Positions 24,331-36,564 of a stretch of DNA of 64,000 nucleotides are shown here, in pieces; the stretch's first letter is position 1, and every line of letters starts with the position of its first letter. The notes under the pieces are model-generated. The model searched no databases, had not been told where the DNA came from, and saw only the letters and a list, made by a program, of their open reading frames with translations. The stretch is from assembly GCF_009914755.1 (NCBI RefSeq), contig NC_060935.1, one strand, 5' to 3'. Source of the stretch: the human T2T-CHM13v2.0 reference genome, Homo sapiens. Made by a program: the position numbers and the translations under genes.

Positions 24331-26477
24331 GGAAAGATGACAACGTGAGGCAGGCTGGTGACGAGCCTCTGCAGTCAACACTGGAATTGCATGTGGTCAC
24401 TCGACATCACAGGGGGTGTGTTGGGCGACACCCTCTGAAGCTGCCGCCCTCTTCGAAGGCCTCTTGACACCTCAGATCCCACCGATGCCCTATTTCATGT
24501 GTCAGTTTTCATCGACAATCCCTGTGTGTGGTGTTTGAGTCTGAAATAAGTGCTGCTCCTGCCTCAACCCCACCCCCCTGCTGCCTCCCCACACATGGGA
24601 GAGAAGCCAGCAGCTCCAGCTCCTGGCCAGGGAGCTGCCAGGGGCAGCCAGGGGCAGGCCTTCTGTGAGGGCTCGGGAGACACACACTCATTCCTGTTAT
24701 CTGTTTATGAATTGAGGAAGAATTAATTTGCTGATTGAGCAAGCAATCTCTCTCTCTCTTTCTAGGACATTAGCTGACCTTTATTCGTGTCTTCAGTTCC
24801 CTGAAATAATTAAGAACCAGAGCAACAGATGATTTGCGGTTCGATCTTGATGGCCACTGCTTTGAAATGTGGTTTTTGGAAAGTCTGAAGTTTGGCTGTA
24901 GAGCAATTTTAACCCTGCGTCACAGCGCCGAGGCACATCAGGGCCAGGCCTCTGCACCTGCCGGCCCTCTCGCCGCTCTGCAGCTCACGTGGTACAGCTT
25001 TCTTAGGGGATTCCTGATGCTCTGTGAGGCTGAACCAGCAGGCAGGGCTGAGGATGAAAGGGCTCCCCCTCCTCCCCGGCACGGCTGCACCCACAGCCAT
25101 CCAGCATGATGGGAGGTGACACTGTCCCTGGGCCGAGAGTCCTTCCTTCTCCATTTCCTACTTGGTTTCTTACCAGGACCTTGGCAATGTCCCGTGAACA
25201 ATGGTTCTTTGTCCCTGGCTGAGTTCAACCATTCAGTAAAGCAATCCTCTCATCTGAGCCTCCAGAATTCCTTCACTATTGCTGTCAATTTTTCTTTCTT
25301 TCTTGGATATTTTTGTTTACCTTTCATTGTTTACTAAACAAAACGTTCCTCTATAGCTGGTGGCCCACACCCTGCGGGAGCTATTTCTGCCCAGCCCCCA
25401 ACTTCTGCATTCCGACCTCAGCATTACCCCAGCAGTGGTGGCTGTTGACTTGGTCACAAGGCCTGGCCATAGCTCCGCTTGTGGTCTGGCCTGGGGAAGC
25501 CCATGGAACTGTGTTTCTCTGCCTTCCTGGAGACCTTGGCATGTTTTAGCTGTGTGACCTTGACAAAGCTGACTCCATGGTTCTTAACTTATGCTTCAGT
25601 TTGCTCCCTAGTTGTCTCATAAGGAAGGTCATGTGTCTGAGCGCTTTGTATAGATTGTGTAGGATAACCTGTAGCCCAAAACGCAAGTGTTTGGTTTTAT
25701 TCCTGTTACAGGAAAAACAGGAAGGATCCCTCAGTTATTTCTGGAGAAGAAAGGAAACCAGGCCAGTAAGCAGGGAGTAATTCCTACTCAGGTGAGGGAG
25801 GGGCATCCACACTTTGTTATGTTTGGAGATCCTTCGTGTGCCCAGACACTCTGCCACATGCCCTTGCCACACATAGAGCAATGCCCCTTGGGACCCAAGG
25901 CAGGTAGGGGCCCGAGAGGTTGGAAAGGAGGGGAGCATGATAGCGAGGGCTCAGGCACAGCAGTTCCGTGCCTGGCATCCATGCACTCTATCCTCCCACC
26001 AGCCCGCAGGCCACACATGCTTGTGACCTCTGTTCTGCTGGACACTGCAGCAGGGAAGCCATGTGTCCAGGCTGGGGTTGCACAGCTAGCAACCAGGGCA
26101 TCTGGGGTGTGTGCCCACGCACTCCCACCCCAGAAAGCACCCCGATCCAGGCAGAACACTGCCTCTGAGATGCTGCACCATCTCCATCTCGTCAGCTCAA
26201 GCCCCTGGGCTCCAGGCCCACTGGACATCTCATCTGGGTGATTGGCCAGGGCCTCCCACCCAGGGACAGAGAACCCTCATTGCTTTTCTCCAGCGAGGAG
26301 GCTCAGGTGCCGGCAGAAGCTGGCTCAATGCATGTTAAGAAAACTAAGGCCCAGGCAAAATGGGCCTCAAAATGGGGCTCCCTGACCCCTAACCTCTCTC
26401 ACATCCTGCTGCAGTGGCCCCACGGCCAGCCCCAGGTGTCAGCACCCAGTTCCCAGCCCCTCATCCTGTGCAGACAG

Positions 26478-26986
26478 TGGAGCTGTTCTCACAGAGTTAA
26501 CAGGAATTCTGGGTGGAAATACAGCTGTAATTACACACTAATCAGCCTGCACTTTGACCCACTTCTTTGTAGGCAAAAATCAGTAGATACTGCCCATGCA
26601 TATCCCAGTCGCTCCTGTAGACATGCTCTCTGACATTAGGGTGGCACGGCTTTTGTTTAAGAATTGATCAGACAGATCCTGAATGCCAGTGAGACAGCCA
26701 ATGCCAGCCAGTTTGAAGACCCCCACAGAAGGACGGAACCAGCCTGAGAATACAGCTTCTTCATCTCCCCATCCCACTACCCCACCCTGCACTTTTTGAC
26801 CAATCAATGATCTCCACACTTCAGCCCACTTCCAAACCCTTAAGAACCCTAGTCCCAAACTCCTCTTGGAGATGGATTGGAGGTTTCCTCTTTTGTCCTC
26901 AATGTGGGGCCGTATAATTCAACCTCTGTCTCTGCAGCAACCCTTGTCTTGGTGCATCATCGGGCAATGGACCTGTTACAATTACA
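26478..26986 (+). mobile_element. ERV1-class solo LTR (LTR45-like; subfamily uncertain)
   Basis: TG...CA ends; gagttaacaggaattctgg and ccagtttgaagacccccacaga; near-TSD acag/agag. Confidence 0.75.
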
Positions 26987-27999
26987 AGAGAGGGAGTGGA
27001 GGCTCGGGGAGAAGGCAGAGGACTGGTGACCGGTAGGAGAAGAATCTCGTGAAAGTGGGTTGGTGAGGGCTGCACAGGAGGAAGGAGCAGGTCAGAGGGT
27101 GCAGTGCCATAGTGTGGGGGTCCTGCGGCTCATGGAACACACAGACACCAGAGGGGGCAGGAGACAGTCTTCATTCTCTGGAGAAAGAATCCTCACTAAT
27201 TAAGCATATCTGCCTGGACACTCAAGGGGCCCCTTAAAACACCCACTGCTTTGAAAATGGAGCAGCATGTCTCAGGTGCCTCCTGACCCATCAGGGCTGG
27301 TGCTTCCTTGGAAGGAGCTATTCCTCTTGCTGGAGACTCTTTAAAACAACTTTTCTTAACACTTCTAATAATTCTGCTTGACCTGAACAGAGACAAACCT
27401 GGCTTGGGAATTGAACTGTGGATCTGTTAATTGAGAGCTGGCAGCTTTCAAATGCACCCCTGAGGTGAGGAAGCACTTCCCACCTCTCTCGGCGCCTCTT
27501 CTCTTTATTTCACTTGTCCTTCAACTCACAAAATGGTTCCTTATTATCCAGGAGCTGCAAAGAGCAGTAGTGGTTTTCCACATGTTACGAGTGGTAGGGA
27601 AAAGGTGAAGGCTGCCACCGGTGCACCTGCCTCCCAAAGAATGACAGAACTGGACAGACACTGGCCTGGCGTTGAGAGACAGGCACTTTGTGAGGTTACA
27701 GGGGATGCTGCTGATCCTGGCCTCACACCTGCTGGGAGCACCACCTGCCTGTCACTTTGCATGTGCGCACACACCCACAGAGGCTGTGAAGGTGACGGCT
27801 TTTCCCTACCATTTTACAAGACAAATGAAAATACTCTTTATAAGAGAAGTGAAAATAGATGGGTTGTTTTGTTTCCTCCAGAAACAAAACAAAATAAGCC
27901 CACTTAATCTTCAGGCGGCCTGCATGTTACCTGTCCTGCTGCTCCAGACTGTGGTTTAGCATCTATAATGATGATTTAGGGTCCTTGATGCCAGAAACC

Positions 28000-28098
28000 T
28001 CTGACATTGAAACTGGAATTGTAGGATTTAATACAAGCTCCTTTCTAAACAAAGATGCAACACACTTCCTCTGACTTGGGGAACTGAGCAGACCTTGA
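28000..28098 (+). repeat. Left arm of 99-bp inverted repeat
   Basis: 86/99 identical, ungapped, to the reverse complement of 29127-29225. Confidence 0.95.
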
Positions 28099-28391
28099 GA
28101 AGACCTCAGAGAAGCTAGAGGTTTGAAACCAGAAGTGGGACTCAAGAATTTTGCCTTGTAGATCACGTTTTCTGCAGCTGGCTTAAAGTATTTAAAACAT
28201 TTCAATATCTCTGGAATCCATAGTGTTTCTACCTTAATTTATCTCAGGGTTGGAAATAGAACCATGATTTAAAATAAAGGATAATTTAGTGTCTAAATCT
28301 GGTGGCTGAATCCAGCCCCTGACACCCACAAATGGGGTTTGAGTGGCCAGTTGACCTGGCTGCGGACTGGGGTCAGCATAGGGGCCACGGC

Positions 28392-29064
28392 CTGGATTCC
28401 CTGCCATGTGCTGCATCTGCGATATGAACCTGTGCTGGATTCCCTGCCGAGTGCTGCACCTGCGATGTGAACCTGTGCTGGATTCCCTGCCGAGTGCTGC
28501 ATCTGCGATGTGAACCTGTGCTGGATTCCCTGCTGAGAGCTGCACCTGTGATGTGAACCTGTGCTGGATTCCGTGCCGAGAGCTGCACCTGCGATGTGAA
28601 CCTGTGCTGGATTCCCTGCTGAGAGCTGCACCTGCGATGTGAACCTGTGCTGGATTCCCTGCCACGTGCTGCACCTGCGATGTGAACCTCTGCTGGATTC
28701 CCTGCCGAGTGCTGCACCTGCGATGTGAACCTGTGCTGGATTCCCTGCCGAGTGCTGCACCTGCGATGTGAACCTGTGCTGGATTCCCTGCCGAGAGCTG
28801 CACCTGCGATGTGAACCTGTGCTGGATTCCCTGCCACGTGCTGCACCTGCGATGTGAACCTGTGCTGGATTCCATGCCACGTGCTGCACCTGCGATGTGA
28901 ACCTGTGCTGGATTCCCTGCCGAGTGCTGCACCTGCGATGTGAACCTGTGCTGGATTCCCTGCCGAGTGCTGCACCTGCGATGTGAACCTGTGCTGGATT
29001 CCCTGCCATGTGCTGCACTTGCGATGTGAACCTGTGCTGGATTCCCTGCCGAGTGCTGCATCTG
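28392..29064. repeat. 43-bp VNTR, about 15.6 copies
   Basis: Unit ctggattccctgccgagtgctgcacctgcgatgtgaacctgtg; starts 28392, 28435 ... 29037. Confidence 0.99.
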
Positions 29065-29126
29065 GGAAGCCTGAGAGACCATTGCTCACCAGTTAAGGTT
29101 GGTGCTCTAAGCAAGACGACATTCCA

Positions 29127-29225
29127 TCAAGGTCTGCCCAATTCCTCAAAGCAGATGAAGTGTTTTACATCTATGTTTAGAAAGGAGCTTGTGCCAAATC
29201 CTACAATTCCAGTTTCCATGTCAGA
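29127..29225 (-). repeat. Right arm of 99-bp inverted repeat
   Basis: See left arm; both arms give the peptide FRKELVxNPTIPVSMSE in the ORF track, on opposite strands. Confidence 0.95.
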
Positions 29226-29409
29226 AAGAGAATGGTGGAGTGTGTTCTTAAAATCTAACTGCAGTCATTTCTGTGACATTTAAACCTACCTTCCTCCACT
29301 CAGATCTCTGTCAATAGAGAGCGACGTTGCTTTGCTCTTCCCCAGTACATGGCACACGCCCTTTCCAGGAAACTGCTTGCCCATTACTTCCACAGTTAGA
29401 TGTTGCTGC

Positions 29410-31150
29410 TACTGTTAACCAGCTTTATCAAGGTGTAACTTGCACTTAATATGAGTTACCAGCCTGGGTGTGGGGCTCACACCTGTCATCCCAACACCTG
29501 GGGAGGTCGAGGTGGGAGCATCACTTGAGGCCAGAAGTCAAGACTAGACTTGTCAACATAGTGAGACCCCAGGTCTACAAAAAAATTAAAAATTAGCTGG
29601 GCATGAAGTTGCATGCCTATTGTCCCAGCTACTCAGGACGCTGAAATGAGAGAATCACTTGAGCCCAGGAGGTTGAGGTTGCAGTGAGCCATGATCACAC
29701 CACTGCACTTCAGCCTGAGCGACAGAGTAAGATCCAGTCTCTCAAAAAAAAAAAAAAAGTTACCAATGTTAAGTGTGTCAGTGGATAAATTTTGACAAAT
29801 ATATATGGTAGTGGACCTATTACCACAATCAAAATAGAGAAGATTTCTCTAATGTCCCATTTCAGCAGTTCCCTCCCGCAGTCCCTGGTTCTTGGCAACC
29901 ACTGATCCATTTCTGTCACTAATTTTTTTTTCTAGAATTCATGTACATGTAGTCATACAGTATAGTCTTTTGTGTTTCTTCTTTCATGCACCATAATGCT
30001 TTTGGGATTCATCCATGCTTTTGCATGCATTAGTTCATTCTTTTTCTTCACTGAGTAGTATTTCATTGTATAGATGTGCAATGATTTGTTTGTTTTGCTT
30101 TTTACAATTTTGAGCTATAATGAATAAAGCTGCTATGAACCTTCCAGTAGAAGTGTTTGTGCAGATATACATTTTAATTTCTCTTGGATAAATACATAGA
30201 AGTGGGATTGCTGGGTCATATGGTAAGTGTAAGTTTAACATTATAGAAAACTGCCAAATAGTTTTCAAAGTGCTGTACCATTTTTGCATTCCCCCCAGTA
30301 ATATATGAAAGTTTCAGTTGCTTCACCTCTCCTCCAAAGTTTGATATAGTCAGTCTTTTAAATTGTAGCCATTCTAATGAATGTGTAACGGGTTTCTCAT
30401 GGTTTTAATTTACATTCTACTAGTAACTAATGAGTTTGAGTATCTTTGTCATTTTTTTTGTCATCAAGTATCTTTGTCATATCTTTATTGATAAATATGT
30501 TTGCCCATTTTATTTTATTAATTCTATTATATTATTTGTGTTCTTATTACTGAGTTGTAAGAATGTTTTAAATGGACAGACATCAAATATACACTTTGCA
30601 AATATTTTTCCTAGTCTGTGTCTTGCTGTTTTTTTTTTTTCTAACAGTGTCTTTTAAGGAACAAAAATTTTAATTTGATAAAGTACACTTTATAGAAAGT
30701 TTTATTTATAGTTTATATTTTTATGTCATATTTGAGAACTCTTTGCCTAACCAAACATTAAAATGTTCTCTCTATTTTCTATTTCTTAGAAGTTTTTTAC
30801 ATTTAGTTCCTACGGTCAGGTCTATGAACCATTTTTAAACTTCTTTTTGCATATGACGTGAGATAAAGGTAAAGGTTTGTTTGTTTTTGCATATAGCATC
30901 CAGATTTATAGCATCATTTGTAGAAATTACTATATATGCCCATTGAATTGCCCTGGCACTTTTGTAAAAATCAATTGACAGTCTAGGTATATGTCAGTCT
31001 GGGCTGTTCCATTGACCAACTGCATATTTTATTGATTAGTATATGTTTATTATGAGCCGAGGAATCACATAATAAAAGGTCTTCATTTTTGTTTTTACTT
31101 TTCAAGGTTTTAGGGGCTACATTAGGACTTTACATTTTCAGATACAATTT
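29410..31150 (-). mobile_element. L1ME/L1MB-type 3' portion
   Basis: Antisense ORF2 end and 3' UTR (gaagtgggattgctgggtcatatggtaagtg). Confidence 0.85.
29462..29758 (+). mobile_element. AluJ
   Basis: cacttgagcccaggagg and other J-type features; TSD agttacca. Confidence 0.93.
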
Positions 31151-33925
31151 TTAACAGTGTTATGAAGATATAATTTGCTACCATAAAATTTACACATTTA
31201 ACATGTACAATTCAGTACCTTCAGTGTATTACAGAGTTGTGCAACTTTCCACCACTAATTCTGGAATATTTTCATCACCCCAAAAATAAACCCCTTACTC
31301 ATTAACATTCACTTCCCATTCTTTCTCTGCCAGCCTCTTGCAGCTACTAATCTAGTTTTTAGGTCTATAGATTTGGCTATCCTGAATGTTTCCTATAAGT
31401 AGGATCATGCAGTATGTGTTCTTTTTTTGTGACTGGCTTATTTCACCTACCAGAATGTTTTCAGGATTCATCCATTTCTCAGCACATGTCAGTACTTCAT
31501 TTATATCTGATACCACTTCAGTATATGGCTAGATCACATTTTGTTAATCCATCTATCGATTGATGGACACTTGTATTATTTCCACTTCTTGGCTATCAAG
31601 TACACTTTTTTGGGTAGGAGTACATTTTCATTTCTCATATTCCTAGGAGTAAAATTGCTAGATTATACGGTTACTGTATGTTAAGCACTTTGACGCACTG
31701 CCAAACCATTTTCCACAGCACTGCATCATTTTACATTCCCATCAGCAATGTGTGAGGGTTTCCATTTTTCTAATTTCTCCTTTTCAACACTTAAATTGCC
31801 TGTCTTTTTCACTATAGCTAGTGGGAATTAGGTGATTTTGATTTGCATTTCCCCAATAACTAATGATGTCAAACATCTTTTCATGTGCTATTGACTATTT
31901 ATTTATCTTCTTTGGAGAAATGTCTTTTCAAATAATTTGCCAATTTTAAAATTTTTTGTCTTTTTATTATTGATATTCTCTTAAAAATTATTTTTATAAA
32001 CATCCTTTATATAGTCTGAATGCAAGTCCCTTACCAGGTATATGGGTTTCAAATACTTTTCTTATTTTATGATTTTTCTTTTTGTTTTCTTGATAGAGTC
32101 CTTTGAAACACAAAAAATTTTAATTTTGATGAAGTCTAATTTATCTTTCTTTTTTTGGTTGCTTGTGCTTTAGGGGTCCTATCTAAAATCCCATTGCCTT
32201 GCCAAGATCATGAAGATGAACACTATTTATTTTCCCTAAGAATTTTATGGTTTTAGCTCTTACATTGACAACTCAATCCATTTTGAGTTGATTTTTGTAT
32301 GTTTTGAGGCAGCAGTCTGACTTCATTCTTTAGCATGAGGTTATCTGGTTGTCCTAGCACCATTTGAATCATGTTAGTGCCATTGTTGAAAATCAACTGA
32401 CCATAAATGTAATGGTTTATTTCTAGACTCTCAATTCTAACATACATCTATATATATATATCTATATATATATACACATATATGCTAGTACTATACAGTC
32501 TTGATTGTTTAGCTTTGTAATAAGTTTATAATTGGAACATGTTCTGAATATCTTCTATTAACTCTGTTGCTACAGTGGGGAGTCACATCCTAAAGTATGA
32601 GATGGTTGAACATACAACATTTGATACTGAACAGATGAGATGACAGCAGTTTATTAGTCACATATGCTCACAGTCTGGGAAGGAAGATGCCACACATTAT
32701 TCAGGGCCACAGGATGATTGCACAAAGAGCAGAGTGAACCAGCAGGGGGCAGTGCAGGTAGGCTGTGTAGTACCAGAGGATGGACTGCCCCTCTTGCCAC
32801 AGGAAAATGGGGTTGGCTTGTTTGAATAATTTCATGGGCTGGCAGGGAACTGAAGCCTTTAAGGTTAAAAAGCCACCCAACCTGGTAATGCTGGTTTAGT
32901 TGGCAGGAGAAGAAGTATAGCAGAGAGCCTTTCCTGATGGGTAGGGGAGCATATCTGCTAAGAGCAGAGAGACTCATGGGCCTGTATGGCTCAGAGTTGT
33001 CAAGCAGTACTTGAAATTTTAGTTCTGAAAATACAGAAAGTATAATCCTCTTTTCCAATGTTGCTCTTCTTTTTCTAGATGTTATGGCTATTTTGGGTTT
33101 CCTGAATTTATGTGTGAATTTTAGAATCATCTTCTCAATTTCTTTAAAGAAGCCAGCCAAGATTTTGATATTGTGTCAAATCTATAGAGCAATTTGGGGC
33201 TTGTTGACATCTTAATATTAAGTTCTCAGATCCATGAACATGGGATGCCTTTCCATTTATTTAGATCTCCTTTAATTTTAATAATCTTCAGACTGTAAGT
33301 CTTGCATTTCTTTTAAAAATATATCAGACAAATTCCTAAGTGTTTTATTCTTTTGAGTGCTATTGCAAATAAAATTTTAAAAAATTATTTTTAATTTTTT
33401 TTTGTTGCTTAGGATTTTCTGTATACAAAATCTTATCATCTGCAATAAGAGATGGTTTTACTTTTTGCATTCTAAACCAGATGCCTTTTATCTGACACCT
33501 TCTGCCCAGTTGCCTTGGCTGGTAACAGCTGAAAACAGCAGACATTCTTGACTTATTTCTGGTCTTGGGAGAAAGCCTTCGGTCTTTCATTATTTAGTAT
33601 GATTATCAGCTTGGGATTTTTGTAGATTCCCTTATCAGGTTGGAAAAGTTTTATTTTATTTCTAGTTTGTTGATTGTTTTTATCATGAAAAGGTATTGGA
33701 ATTTGTCACATACTTTTTCTGCATCTATTGAGATAAAAATGTGATTTTATCCTTTTTTATTCATATTGTGCATTACATTAATTTTTACGTGTTAAGCCAA
33801 TTTTGCATAATTGGAATAAATCTCACATGATCATGGTGAATTTTTAAATGTTGCTAAATTTGGTTTGCTACTATATTATTAGAAAATTTTGCATCTCTCT
33901 TTATAAGAGATATTATTAATAGTTG
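31150..33925 (-). mobile_element. L1MB-type element, antisense
   Basis: A second L1 3' end starts at about 31150, followed by ORF2-like antisense sequence. Confidence 0.85.
32540..33035 (-). mobile_element. ERVL-class solo LTR (LTR47/MER74 group; uncertain) inside L1
   Basis: GC-richer TG...CA block with gtttatt (polyA signal on the minus strand); L1 sequence continues across it. Confidence 0.65.
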
Positions 33926-34261
33926 TGTTGTATTCTTTTTCTCTCCCTTATGGGTCACATGTACCTGCTTATTTGCATGTTTACTAATTTTTGATTGCAT
34001 TCTGGTTGCATGATATGTTACATTATGAATGCTTGGGTTTTATTGTCATCCTTTAAAGAGTGACAGACTTTGTTTTACAATCAAGTCATTTGTAAGTCAG
34101 TTTGATCTTTTTGAGGTCTATCTTTAAATGGTCTTAGGGAGAGTCTACAGTAATCTTCCCCCTAGGAAATTCAACCCTACAACTGAGGTATGTCTCCTCT
34201 GGCTCTTCACCGAATGTCTTGGGTGTTCACTAAAGACTCTTCACTGTGGCTGTTTGAAATT

Positions 34262-34642
34262 TACTGTAGACTGCATGTTTGTGTCCTGTCCTCCCTCCTG
34301 CTAAATTTGTAGGTTAAAACCTAGCCCTTAATGGGATGGTATTAGAAGGTAGGTCCTTTGGGAGGAAAGTCATGAGGATGAGTTAATCTCATACATGGGA
34401 TCAGTGCCTTCTTACAAGAAGAGACAAGAAAGAACTTGCTTCCTCTCTTTCTCTTCTCCACCATGTGAGGATATAACAAGAATACAGCCATCTGCAAACC
34501 AGGAGGCAGGCTCTCTCCAAACACTGGATCTGCTGGCTCCTTGATCTTGGACATCCTAGACTCTAGAACTGTGAGAAATGAATGTTTGTTGCTTAAGTCA
34601 CCCAGTCTGTGGTAATTTGTTATAGCAGCCTGAGCTAAGATA
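34262..34642 (+). mobile_element. MLT1A-type LTR
   Basis: ccttgatcttggacatcctagactctagaactgtgagaaat...gcagcctgagctaagata; TSD Waatt. Confidence 0.9.
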
Positions 34643-35589
34643 TAATTGAACATCTCCCTACCCTATACCAGCTCTGAAAATTGTTAGCTTCTAACTCCAT
34701 GGTAATCTCCACCAGCTTTGTGGAGATTCAATCAAACATGCACATCCTAATACTCAGCAAACCCTTGAGAGGATACTACAGAAATTTCTGGAGCTCTTTA
34801 TTTGTGAGTTCTAGATGAATCCACTGCTCTAATATCTAATCTCTGCCTCTAAACTCAGCGGGGCCAATGGGCTCTGTTTGCATTTCCCTTCCCTCACCAA
34901 ACCTTGAAATTCTTTTCAGGTAGAATAACAACACAATCATAGGGCTCTTTATATGTGCTTCTGTCCTCTCAGAGATCACAAACTCTTCAATAACTGTCAT
35001 CCAATGTCTCAAAACAGTTGTTTTATATATTTTGTCTTGCTGTTTATGGCAGGAGGTTAAATCTGTTCCTTGTTACTCCATCATTGCCCCAAAACAGAAT
35101 TTGATAATGTTTCCTTAACTGTAATCCTTGTCAAAAATAATGAGGAGCAATCTTGGAAGGTAAAAAGGACATTTCTGAGCACCGTAGGGGAGGGAGCCTC
35201 TATACTCCGGGTCTGGTAGGGTTGTTACTGGGAATAGGGGTGGATTTCGTAGCCAAACAATTAATGCCAATGTGGAATTTGTCTCTTTTTTTTTCCCTGG
35301 GCGAAATGGTAACTGATTTGGGTGTGTAACGGATAAATGCAGCAGAGAGAGAAACAAAGACAGAAACTTGAATATGGTCTCAAGGAGTGTTGAAGATGCT
35401 TCTTAGTCCCTTATTGGAAATGTGCTCCATTAATAGTAATTGACTGAGTGGATGAGCAAACAAGTTCCTGAGTGAATACATGGGCTACGAGCCTAAACCC
35501 TGCAATAAAGGGACCTTGATGCTTTAGAAAGCTACCCCACCATGACAGGTGACTTAGGATTGGAGCTTCATCATTAACAATGCTCTAAA

Positions 35590-35720
35590 TAATTCATTTT
35601 GTCCACTCCTACCATTTTATAAATAAGGAGGTTAAGTGACATGCCCAAGGCCACAGGCTAATTAGTGAAAAATCAGGACCCACTCCAAGTCTCCTGATGC
35701 CCATTTGAGCACTTTTTCTA
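35590..35720 (-). mobile_element. MIR
   Basis: gaggttaagtgacatgcccaaggccacaggcta. Confidence 0.75.
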
Positions 35721-36278
35721 GAACATCAGCTTTTAAAGGTCTCCTAGGTTGCAGCCACCCCTAGGGTCTCAGGGTGAGCACAGGGCGGGGAGATCAGTGT
35801 GCCACAGACCGAGGGTCTGATCTGTCTTGATTAAGGCACTGTCACTGTTTCATGAGAAATGTTCCTCTCCTGTCACTCCTCAGTCCCTGATGAAGTCATA
35901 TCATCCTTGCAGAGAGAGGCCTTTTGTGATGGTTCTTGCTATTTTTCATGTGGGCCCTTTCCCTGCCACTCTGTCCTTATTTCTATCTCTGTAATAAGGA
36001 TTTATGACCTTCGAACAAGAAACATGGGGGTCATTACTGCTAAAGCCTCTCCTCTCTGCTCCCTTGGCCCCTGTGTACGAGGGTAGTAATGACCTGATCT
36101 GTGGGATGGTACAGCCTTCTCGGGGGGATAATACATTGCACATGAACTGAATCTGTATGGGAGACAGAATTTACCCTACTCAGGTGGTGGACAACTGAAG
36201 TGTATTGCCCATGCTGGCATTTTTTCTCTTAGAGGTATCTTAAAACTTGTTTTCATTCAGCATCTCTAAAGAACAAAC

Positions 36279-36564
36279 TTTTTTTTCTTTTTTTTGAGAC
36301 AGGGTCTTGCTTTGTTGCCCAGGCTAGAGTGCCATGGTGAGATCTCAGCTCACTGCAGCCTCTGCCTCCTGGGCTCAGGCAATCCTCCCACCTCAGCCTC
36401 CTACAGTCACATGCCACCATGCCAGACCAATTTTTTGTAGTTTTAGTAGGCATAGGGTTTTGCCATGTTGGCCAGTCTGGTCTCAAACTCCTGAGCTCAA
36501 GTGATCTGCCCACCTCGGCCTCCCAAAGTGCTGGGATTACAGGCAAGAGCCACCGCATCCAGCC
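36279..36564 (-). mobile_element. AluJ (Jb-like)
   Basis: gagacagggtcttgc and cctgggctcaggcaatcctcccacc; TSD aagaacaaRc. Confidence 0.93.

Noticed and set aside
28392-29064. CRISPR-like array
   Set aside because: Units are contiguous with no unique spacers, there are no cas genes, and the DNA is primate; it is a VNTR
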